Shown: positions 26,270-38,977 of the stretch, one piece after another
How positions within the stretch are numbered: the stretch's first letter is position 1
Layout of the letters: every line of letters begins with the position of its first letter
NCBI GenBank assembly: GCA_951406725.2
Contig: OX597829.1
Coordinates: 23,436,001 to 23,500,000, forward strand
DNA: 64,000 nt
Reading direction: 5' to 3'
Origin: Octopus vulgaris
Taxonomy: Eukaryota
The notes under the pieces: generated by a model
Database searches by the model: none
What the model saw: only the letters and a program-made list of their open reading frames with translations
What the model was told of the DNA's origin: nothing
Made by a program: the position numbers and the translations under genes

Positions 26270-29200
26270 CTGGAAAAAAATTTAAAAAAAAAAAAGAGAG
26301 AGAGAGATAAAATATTATTCTTCAATTTTTATTTATTCATTTATTTAGTAGCTTCAGTCATTGTTTTTTTACCATGCTGGAGCACTGCATTTAGCAAGTT
26401 AGTTGATTGCATCGACTCCCAGTACTCTAACTGATATTTTAGTTTATGGTGGTGGTGGTGGTGGTGGTGGTGGTGGTGGTGGTGGTGGTGGTGACAATGA
26501 TGATGGTGAACAAAATCTAAAACAACACGGAAGGATTCTGCTATAATCTGAACCAAAGTAAGCACTATGAAACAGTAATGCAGCCTCAGATATCTCCATT
26601 GATCTTCAAAAAATTACAGACTCACCATCTTCAATTCAGTTCTTGCGCCTATACTTTACCCATGGCCATAAATACTGAGTAAATATCACAAGTGCATGAT
26701 TGCAAATACAATGAGCTGTAAATGAGGGTCATCCAAAAGATCCTTGGAGCAACATTTGGTGCACAGCTTGAAGATCAAGGATCCTCTCCAGATTGAGCCA
26801 CAGCTTGTCTGCTTTGAGAAGTCACAGCTTCAGTACTTGGAACATGTAATCAGAATGCCGCAAGAATCAAAAGACAGATTCTTTAAGCTGAGCCAACTAG
26901 CAGGAGTCCTAGGGATACATTAAGAATTGACAGTTACTTCTGACAGGATCCTATGGAAGAGGTGTCTGTATGACCATCCCAAGAACAGCAAGCAGAGGAG
27001 ATGGATTGATGGATGGATGGATGACTTTTACTAGTCAAGGGATCTTTTTAAAACCTAATATTTACACATATCATTTATGACTTTATCTACTTAATGCTCC
27101 ACTGTTAAAAAGTGTTTTCTTGAAGTTTCTAAATTTTTTATTTTATACTAGCACTATGACCCGGCAACACTGGGTTATAATGCTAGTGCATACATATACA
27201 GCTGCATGCGCGTACACATACACGCGGGTACTGCCCAAATCTCCGACCAATCACATACAGCTAGCTGGCATTCAATTGGCGTATCAAGTTTCGGGCATTT
27301 TGATTGGGTTTTGGATAGAAAATTCACAAAAAGGTCGCTTCTATTGATTTTTTAATGGCTTTGCAGGGTGACTGGGGAAATGTAAAGATGTGCACGACCA
27401 CCCTTGGACGGTTTTGAATGACCATAGAAAGTGTGAGCCCTCTAAACTGAAAAATTGTGGATTTGTATAAAGGACACGCACAGAGACAGACATTTTGCTG
27501 TTTATATATAGAGAGATTCATTAATCTTTTTATAGCAATGAAATGGCAGAAACAATAGTTATTTAGCAATAATAATTCTCTAAACGAGATATAGACAGTA
27601 ACTGCTCCATAACATAAGGGACGTTAGCCATCTGAATGTGGCTAGGGACAAGGCAGGGCGGTGGGGGTGTTACTGATGCATTTAGCCCCAGGCAATCATC
27701 AACGTCACCAGGAGGGCTGACGCCATCACGGCGTCCTCTAGCCTGCAAAGGGAGATCATTCCCCGAAATAGTTATTTAACCATGGGTCAAACCTGATGTA
27801 ACAAAACTATGATCAAAGATGTTTTGGTTGTGCCCACCCTGTCTTGTTTTTTCCTGATTTGGAGGAAATTTGACTGCTGTTTCTTAGAAGTCACAGGTTG
27901 CTAGTCTCACACCACTCCAGGATCACCTGTCACATCTCTTCTCAATAGCCACATTTTATACTTCCCCCACCAGAATCTGCACTGCACTGATTGCTATGAA
28001 ACAGTCCTTCTTTCCCAAATGTTGACCCCTACCATCAAAATTCCCACCCCGCAAGTTTTTTTTTTTTTTTTTTATTACTTGAAACAATCAACTTGCAACT
28101 AATCCAAGAACGATAACCATGTCACTTTACCCAGTTTTAAGGGGACTATGAAGACCATGGGGGTCAGCCCCTTTTCTTTGACAAAACCAATAAATAAATA
28201 AATAAACCAAAACATTTAAACAAGTACAAAATAAAAGATCAAATAAATTGGAGACATGCACACTCCCTCAATTATGCTGTTGACATTGTGTACATGTTAT
28301 ATATTGTCAATTAATAAATGACCTAATACATTATTTGTTTAATGACTTTCCTTATTAATTATTGCATTTAAATGAATTAATTGACAGTTTCCCCTGTGGC
28401 TTTATTTCAATTTACCAAAGAAACAGTAAAAGAATTGAGTTAATTGCTTGGTAATATTTTATTTCATTCTTTTAGCATATTTGACTTTAAATCTTAGAAG
28501 AATTTTACTCCCTACTAACTTTCTTTGATAGAATTAAATACTAGTAATACACTAAGAACGATTCTTTTAAGAATACAAAAGTAAAGTTGTTGTTTTTTTT
28601 TAATCCAGTTTGTAACAGAGCAAGAATTAAATTTTCTTCATTTGAAAAGTTATATAAATGAAAGTGTAAAGTTAAATAGGTCATATTGACATATTTATTT
28701 AAAATTAGAAGATTCCACTACTATAGACATGTGTATGAAATGTTGTAGGAAAGGTTCACAAGAGAGGGTTCTTCAAGGTGAGCCCAATCAACAGGAGACA
28801 TACAGGTAGACCAAGAATAAGATGGTTGTATAATACCCATAGTATCAGTTAGTTATGCTGAGCAGTGCATTTCCTCTATTTTCCTATTCACAAGAACTAC
28901 AAGTTCTTGTGAGGTTAACTTTGAAGTCTTTTGAGTCCACATTTTGTTTCTATACCTGGTATTTCTTTTCTAATCCTACTATAAATTCAGCTAAAAGAAC
29001 TAAACCCTTAGTATACTGCAGTTCCCTACAGCCTTAACCTGTTCTGTTATGGCTTGGAGAACTATGACAAATTGAAATGGAATGAGATCCAAGCACTAGT
29101 AGAAAGAATTATTATTCTATAAGCTTATATAGTCAAGTAAGTTAACTTATTTTAATACATATTCTTTGATCACCCCAACAAAAATTAATTTAAACAAACA

Positions 29201-31595
29201 TATATTAAAAATAATATAATTTCATAAAAACTTGCTATAAATTAAGTCATTCGGAACTGTTTCTAAACATTTAGCACTTAAGCCAATGCGGGTTCCTTGG
29301 TTAGTGTCTCCCTAAAGAAATTCAGCAAAGGAATCTTTGAAACTGATTTCACATGATGACCACCAATATTATGGAAATGAAGTCATGGGGTGAAAAAATG
29401 TCATATTTTAAGCATATCATTTATGTACATGCCCCCATCCACACCCAACCAGTACCTTACAAGCCTCCCCCACAACTCATCTTTCTAACACTTGTCCTGC
29501 CATCACTCTTCCAACTAAGGCACTATTTTCTCAGCTATTGTAATTATATGACAGTGGAACTGCAAATATTTTGTCCCACACCCCACACCTTTGTGCTACC
29601 CATTGTCTCTTTCCTTGGAATCATCTCTCTTGTTACCCATCATCTTTTGCCACTTTATTTTCCATTGAATACCCTTTTTTTCCATCCTGAACACCCTCTC
29701 ATATCTACCATTAACAGCCTGTCCCACACTCTGTCACTTATTATATCCAGCCTTACATACATCTGAACTCCATCCCTGTCACTGTACATTCTCTCTCTCT
29801 CTCTCTTCTCCCAATCCTCTACTTCACATCATTTCCCTATTTCTCATCTATCTACAATCTTATTATATTATACTGTCCCACCCCTACCCATCCACCCATA
29901 TATACTTCCACTTATCACCTCCTCTTCCCTGATACACTGCTCCCCCCCCCCCCGCAATTGAGATTCCCCATTCACCACACCCTTATGCATATTCACCATC
30001 CACTGTATTCACCTCTCCCTACATCTAACCATCTGTTATTTTCTTTCCACTCTGTTGCAAACTGACCTACCTACCTACCTACCCAGCAATCCTCAATTCT
30101 CTAACCCTGTTCTCTTTTAATTCATCTTCTTGTACCTGAGGGTATGCCCTGACACTTCATTGCCACCATCTCTTCTACAGCTGGAGTAGCCATGAATTTC
30201 CTTATCAACAATAAAGCTGTTTCTGCACTTTCTATCATAATTTAATCTCTCAACATGTGACATCATGCCACTACTCACCCATCCTGTTGGGGGGTTTCTG
30301 TATTGTTAGATATTTGGTGACCTCACTGGAGCCAGTACCACCACAAAAAAAAATAGCTAAAAGCAGCTAATACACACAGTAAATTGGTTGGCATTAGGAA
30401 GGGGTATCCAACCGTAGAAACCCTGGTAGAGCAGACACTGGAGTTCAATGCAACTCTTTGGCTTGTCAGATAGAGTTGAATTGTCTAGGCCATACTAACA
30501 TTGAAGATGGACATTAAATGATGATGATAATGATGAAGAAGAATTCTCAATAATAATAGAACAAGAAAATATTATAACTCATTATTTGATAATATATGAC
30601 TTGTACACAAAGAGAATATTATCACCATCATCAACGTCATCATTTAATATCTGTTTTCCATGCTGATGAAAGATTTGAAACCAGTGGTTCTCAACCAGGG
30701 TCCATATAAGATCTTTGGGGGTCCATGCAACAAAATAGTAAATTGGGGATCCACAATAGTATTTTAAGGACCCCTGAAAAAATTTTGCTTTAGATTTATG
30801 TATTGGTATTTATTGCAAGAAACAACTTGGTTTCTTTCTCTACCATTTTACATAGTTCAACCTACACAAGTAGATGTGTAATAAACAAAATAGGAATTTT
30901 GAAAGACATTTCTATAAAACTAGTTTTTAAACATCGGGTGGCTATGGGGTCCACCATAATAGAATAGTAATAAAAAGAATCCATAGATAAAAAATAGTTG
31001 AGAGCCTCTGCTTTAGATGTATGTATTGGTATGTATTGCAAGAAACAGCTGGGTTTCTTTCTCTAACATTTTACCAACCCATGCTAGCATGGAAAGCGGA
31101 CGTTAAATGATGATGATGATGATGATGAAATCTACACAACTTAATGTGTTGAAAATCAAAAGAGGAAATTTGAAAGAACATTTTTAAACATCAAATGGTT
31201 ATGGAGATCCAGCAGAATAAAATAGTTACCAAAAGGGTCCATAGATAACGAAAAAAAAAATGGTTGAGAATCCCTGGTTTAAACAGTTCAACAAGAGCCA
31301 AGAAATCAATGGACTGCATTATGCTCAAATAATTTACTTAGGTGTACAGAATTTACATAATAGTATTACATGTATATGAATGGGAGGAGGTAATTACTGT
31401 TTTATTCAGTTATTTTAAATAATCTATGAAACAATAAATACATAAATCAATTATATAAAGAAATTTGTTTTGTGATTATTTTTCTTTCAGCTTAAATCAA
31501 ATTCTAAAAAATATCTAGTACACCGTGACCTATTTTCTTTTCTTTTTTTAAATGAATTAAAATTAAGCTATGGGGGAAATGTTTAAATCATACAT

Positions 31596-31642
<47 letters not shown>

Positions 31643-34600
31643 TATATATCATTTAATATACACAGTGCTTAAATATGAGCTGCTAATAGTTTCATGCTGT
31701 TAAAACACTAATTCAACAGATGTGATATTGAATGATTTATCTCTCACTGGTTGGAGTACTTTTTTGTTGATGTCTTCTAATAACGGTTTCAAATTTTGGC
31801 ACAAGGCCTACAAGTTTGAGGGAAGGATCTACTCAATTACATCAACCACCAGTGCTCAGCTGGTATTTTATTTCATCAACACCGAAAAGCAAAGTCAACC
31901 TCAGTAGAATTTGAACTCAGAACGTAAAGACAGACAAAAACGCCACTAAGATAACAATCCTACCAACTCTAACAGAATAGTAAACTATATATTTTATTTG
32001 TTTCAGGTATTATATGGCCATACTGGAGCATGACCTCGAAGAATTTTAATTCAACAAATTGTCACTAGTACTTGTTTTTATCATTTTTATAAGCCTGGCA
32101 CTTACTCTATTGATCTCTTTTGCCAAACTGTTAAGTCCCATGGGCTTAAATACACCAACACCAGTTGTTCAGTAGAGGTGGTGGAGGACATACACAGACA
32201 CAAAGACACTCACACGCAAACACACACACACGTCAAGCTTCTTTCAGCTTTCCTCTACTAAATCCACTCACAAGGCTTTAGTAGAAGACACTTGCCCAAG
32301 GTGCCATGCAATGGGGCTGAGCCTGGAACTATTGTGGTTGGAAAGCAAACTTCTTACCATACAGCCATGCATGATCACCCAACCAGCTAGAAAGAACAGC
32401 TACATCTCCCTTAAATTATACATTAATGTCAAAAATAAACAAAGGACTACCTACATTAGACAATAGGAACCCTGGTATATATATATATCGCAAAATCTAA
32501 TTAGTTTGTGCCAGTCACGAGGCCAAATATTCCTGAAAGTTTCATTCGAATCCATCCACTGGTTCTTGTGATATCTAGTCCACAGGCAAACAAACAAACA
32601 AATATGACTGAAAACAATACCTTTGCTAGGGCAGAGGTAATAATAATAATAATCCTTTCTACTATAGGCACATGGCCTAAAATTTTTTTTTTTTTTGGTG
32701 GGGGTCGATTACATCTACCCTAGTGCTCAACTGATACTTATGTTAGCAACCCTGAAAGGATGAAAAGCAGTCAGCCTTGGCAGAATTTGAAATAATAATA
32801 ATAAATTCTTATAAATACAAATTTGTAAATTTAGTGATACACATCTTTTACCACTACCACCTCCCTCCTCCTCCTCCTACTACTACTACTACTTCAGATG
32901 AAAGTCAAAGTAGATGCTAATGGGGTTACAGTTCACAATGTAAGTGGCTTAAACTCGAGACCCATCACCAAGTTAGTTAAATATTCTACTGTTCTGCTAC
33001 ACCCTTGTGTCTTGGAATCAAACCAACATAGGACAAGTCAATAATAAAGTTTCTGTGATTGTTTGACATTGATACACAATGGAAGGAGGTATTGGCTAAT
33101 GTAGTTAAGACATAAAAAGGAGGAATGGTCATGACTGGAAACATTTGATTGTAGGAAAAGATAATTTTTTCAGTCATTTGACTGCAGCCATGCTGGAGCA
33201 CTGCTTTGAAGGGTTTAGATGAATAAATCGACACCAGTACTTATTTTCTGAAGTCTGGTGCTTATTCTAACGGTTCCTTTTTTTAAGAAACCACTAAGTT
33301 ACAGGGACATAAAAAAACTGACACCAGTTGTCAAAGAATGGAGGGAGAGAAACTCAGCACAAATAAAAACGTACACACATTTACAAGTGTGTATATATAT
33401 ATATATATATATAAACATTCAAGCGAGGTTGTTGCCAGTGCCACTGGACTGGCTCCTGTGCAGGTGGCACATAAAAAGCACCATTTGAGTGAGGTCGTTG
33501 CCAGTACCGCCTGACTGGCCCTCGTGCCAGTGGCACATAAAAGCACCCACTACACTCTCAGAGAGGTAGGTGTTAGGAAGGGCATCCAGCTGTAGAAACT
33601 CTGCCAGATCAAGATTGGAGCCTGGTGCAGCCATCTGGTTCACCAGTGATGACGACAACGATGATGATAATGATGATGACATGCATGTATGCATCGATGG
33701 CAGGCTTCCATCTACTAAATCTTTTTAAGTTTGGTACTTATTCTATAGGTCTCTTTTGTTGAACCATAAATTTACAGGATCATAGACAAACCAACGCCAG
33801 TTGTCAAGCTGGATAAGGAACACAAACAATATAAACACATATGCATTTAAACACACACACACACGACGACTTCCTCACAGTTTTTGTTTACCAAATTTAC
33901 TGAGGCATTAAGTCAGCATAGAGTTTTAGTAAAAGACACATGCCCAAAATGCTGCAACATTTTTTTTCTCTATCTAATAGTTTGGTCTGGAGGCAAATAC
34001 TGCACTTATAACTTTTGCAGATCCTTTTAGGTCAATGTTGTTTGTCTTTAACAACAGATAATCAATTATCACAAGAGAAACATGTGAAGGGAGAGAATTC
34101 CAAGTGGAGGATGTCCTAGTATGGAAGGACATGGTGAAACTGTTAATGCAGAACCTGGACACAAAATGGGTAACCATAAGAAAGAGAGACGAAAATCAGT
34201 CAGCAATTAAACAACAAGACTAAATCATCACAATGCTACAAGAGTAACAAGACTTCAGATTTAACGAGATAAATGTCAATTCCAGCATATTACTGGTACT
34301 CCTTTGCTCAATCACATAGGCATACTAGGCATGGTTGACCAGTAACTTCACCCTAACCAACAAGAAATGAGCTTCTTATTTCTTTACTGCCCACAAGGGG
34401 CTAAGCACAGAGGGGACAAACAAGGACAGACAAAGGGATTAAGACGATTACATCGACCCCAATACTTAACCGGTACTTAATTTATCGACCCCCAAAAGGA
34501 TGAAAGGCAAAGTCGACCTCGGTGGAATTTGAACTCAGAACGTAATGGCAGACGAAATACCGCTAAGCATGTATGGAATCTCATCATCTATTAGCTGCCA

Positions 34601-35727
34601 TACATGGATGGCTAATGATGTGACGAATCTCTTTTCCAGTAACTTGAAGGTGGATCTGTGGTTGGAGAGGTATTGTTTGAACGAATTCCCAAAACAGCCA
34701 ATGTATCTCCATGGTTGGGTGTTGGTGGTGGTGTGTCTAGTGGTATTGGCGTCACTGCCGCCAGCCGCCACTGTTGCTGGGACTGGCGCTGTTGGTGCTG
34801 GCATCGCTGGTGTTGGAATTATTGGAGGTGGTGAGCTGGCAGAAATGTTAGCACGCCAGGTGAAATGCTTAGCAGTATGTCGTCTATCTTTACATTCTGA
34901 GTTCAAATTCCGCCAAGGTCGACTTTGCCTTTCGTCCTTTTGGGATCGATAAATTAAGTACCAGTTGCGTACTGGGGTCAACTTAATCGACTGGCCCCTT
35001 CCCCAAAAACTTTCGGGCCTTGTGCCTAGAGTAGAAAAGATTATTGGAGGTGACAATGGTGTTGGTAAATGTGCAGCTGTTGTTTATATATTGTATGTGA
35101 AGGTGCATATGTTTGTGTCTCCTTGTCTTGACATCACATGATTGTTGTGCATGAACGTCATTTTTATACAAGTATTTTCATTCATTTCTAATATTCCGTG
35201 AAAACATATCTGTCCATTAGGAAATATTACCTTGCTTCGAAACAGGGGAGGGTTAGTGAGAGGAGGAGCATCTGACTGTAGACAGTCTGTGTTAATAAAC
35301 TTTGTCCAACTCATGCATAGGAAAATGGACATTAAAATGATGATAATGATGATGATGATGATGATGATTCAATTAATTCGGCCACTTTACCACCACAATA
35401 ACAAATAATTATAAAAATGGTTTCTAACTGTACTTTATAGCTAAAAAATTTTTTAAATGAGATAAAAATAGTATAATTTATTTCCATTTATCATATATTC
35501 GAGATCAAAAACTCCAGTTTGTTCTTGTCGAGAAAATTTTTCAGGACATGTGTTTGGTTAAAGTTGAGTTAGTGTTACACACACAAAAAAAAAAAGAACA
35601 AAAAAGAGAGAAAAAAGAAAGAACAAAAAAAAAGGGCATTACCTTGCTGTTCTAAAGTTGTTTTAACTTCAGTTTGGTCAGCTGCATGTCCAAGAGTTAA
35701 CAAGTCCTAAAAGACAACAACAATATA

Positions 35728-35773
<46 letters not shown>

Positions 35774-36183
35774 CATATACAAATATTATATTTTATCTCA
35801 TTTGATAAAATATCTTTTTCCGTTTAAAGTTAAATTTACATAACCAAGCCTTCATTTTCTTTTTTAATCTTTTTCTGACCATTCTGAAGCGCCACAACAA
35901 CCAATTTTTTTGTATATTACTTAACCCTTTTGTTACCAACCCGGCTGAAACCGGCTCTGGCTCTGAGTACAAATGTCTTGTTTTTATAAGTTTTGAATTA
36001 AAATCTTCCACCAAACCTTAGTCACAATTTATGTTCCTAACACTAGCTGAATGATGACTAAGTTATTTTACTAAATTCTTTGTTATATTCAAAGTAATTC
36101 AAAGAAACACAGAGCATCTCAAAATAAATATGGTAACGAAAGGGTTAATGCTTTGTTTACTCTCTCTCTCTCTCTCTCTCCCT

Positions 36184-36230
<47 letters not shown>

Positions 36231-37310
36231 TTATTTACCTTATCAGAAATGTTTGCCTTTTGGAAAAGTTGGCTTCTTGGATATGAAATCAGGTGAGTGT
36301 TCTGTACGGCACCATAACAACAAGGACAAACTACAAAAGCTGCCTTACTGTCCAAGCACTTCTGTAGCACCATGTCAGTTGCAACACCACAAGCATGGAG
36401 ACAAGTTCCAACATCAAATTTGCCATGGAAATAACCAAGATTGCACTGAAATGAATAAATTATTTTAATTAGTTATATATATATATATATATATGAATTT
36501 ATCTGTGTTTGTGTGTGTGTGTGTCTGTTTATAACTGATTATTGTGTATGCTTATAAATTCAAATATGTATGTACATTTCAGTATATATATAAGTATTTA
36601 TGTATATTTATATATGTATGTATATGTATACCTATATACATAAGTATTTAAATGTGTGTGTATTTTCATTTATTTTATATCTATATTTATTTATAACTTA
36701 ACATTATGTACTTTATAATCTCTGACGAAGCCTAGAGATATACCCAAGTACTTCAGTTTCACCTGCCTATTACTTCACTCCACTTGAGTAATAAAGGTAG
36801 AATGAGGTATTTTTACCTCTTGGCTGAAACAGCTGTAAGTTATTTTCCCAATTTATATTCATGTATGTTATATTGTAATAATTACTAGTATCCTTATATA
36901 TTAATATATTTTATATCTTATATGTATAGCATAATATGTTATACATGTATGTATATTCTTGTAATTGTCATTTTAGTAAATAAATAAATAAGTTAGCATA
37001 ATATAATGTCTAAAAGTTGATGAACCACCTATTGATCCCCTCCATTTTCTTATTGCTATATATATATATATATATTTCTTTACTGCCTACAAGGGGCTAA
37101 ACATAGTGGGGACAAACAAGGACAGACAAAAGGATTAAGTCGATTACATCGACCCCAGTGCAAAACTGGTACTTAATTTATCGACCCCGAAAGGATGAAA
37201 GGCAAAGTCGACCTTGGCGGAATTTGAACTCAGAACGTAGTGGCAGACAAAATACCGCTAAGCATTTCGCCCAGCGTGCTAACATTTCTGCCAGCTCGCT
37301 GCCTTTTATA

Positions 37311-37370
<60 letters not shown>

Positions 37371-37597
37371 TTATACATGATGGGGTGCTGGAAAGCTCCT
37401 GGCTTTAAGGGCATTACAAAAAGCCAGGCTGGAGGCCCAGCCTTTCAAGTTCTTTTACATGGCTTAGAAAAACAGAAGAACCACAGTAATAAGTGTGTGA
37501 ATCTGAGAGGGGAATGCGTTGAATAAAATCATAATAAACTGATCCTCCTGTATTTTCTTTTACCCAAAGCCGGGAACTTTTCAGTACCCACTTTTGT

Positions 37598-37638
<41 letters not shown>

Positions 37639-38940
37639 TTAACGTCCGCTTTCCATGCTAGCATGGGTTGGACGGTTCAACTGGGGTCTGGGGAGCCCGA
37701 AGGCTGCACCAGGCCAGTCAGATCTGGCAGTGTTTCTACAGCTGGATGCCCTTCCTAACGCCAACCACTCCGAGAGTGTAGTGGGTGATTTTATGTGCCA
37801 CCGACACAGGTGCCAGACGAGGCTGGCGAACGGCCACGCTCGGATGGTGTTTTTTATGTGCCACCGACACAGGTGCCAGACGAGGCTGGCAGACGGCCAC
37901 GCTCGGATGGTGTTTTTATGTGCCACCGACACAGGTGCCAGATGAGGCTGGCGAACGGCCACGATCGGATGGTGTTTGTTACGTGCCCACAGCACGGAGG
38001 CCAGTCGATGCGGTACTGGCTACGGCCACGTTCGGATGGTTTTCTTGTGTGCCACCGGCACTGGTACCACAAAGATACAAATTCCATTGATGTTCATCTA
38101 TTTTGATTTGTTCGTTTCATGGAAAACGGACGTTCAACGAAATGAACAAACGATGATATATATATACATGAACATACACATAAATAGGAAATAGTGGCAC
38201 AACAAGAAACCAATGTTTGCTGGAAATAGCAGTTGATAACTGTACAACGTTATGTAAAGCTTTACTGAATGTATAGAGGCAAAGATGTGAGCAGGCGGCG
38301 AACACAAACAACAGCATCAACAACAACAACACTTACTACTATAAGTACAAAGTTGATTACATTGACCCCAGTGTTCAACTGGTACTTATTTTAATGATCC
38401 CATAAGAATAAAAGGCAAATGATGATGATGATGATGCTAAGACTACTACCACCACTCCACCACCACCACCACTACTACTACTACAAACAATATAAAACAT
38501 GTTAACATACCTGATACAGTGTAACATTGTTCAACTGTAGCTTGTCCACTCGACTTTTGGCTATCAGTAATGATTCTTCTTTGTTTTCAATTAAAAACAC
38601 CTTAATAATAGCAACAACAACAATAATAAGAACAACAACAACTAAATAAACACTACACTATATATGGAAAATGAACGTTAAACGATGATGATGATGATGA
38701 TATATAGAAAAATTTATATAACTAAGGATAAAATCGTTAATTTAAATATTGATCTTCTCAAGTGGCCAGCATAGGAATAAAAACCTTCAAAGGTAATAAT
38801 TATTATTAAAATTATAATTTAGGGTATCTAAGAGATACCGCCACACTGGAAATAGCAGCCAAAACCTGACTCTAAAACCACATTAAATGTTCATACATTG
38901 CTGCTATTTCCAATGTGGCGGTATCTCTTAGATACCCTAA

Positions 38941-38977
<37 letters not shown>

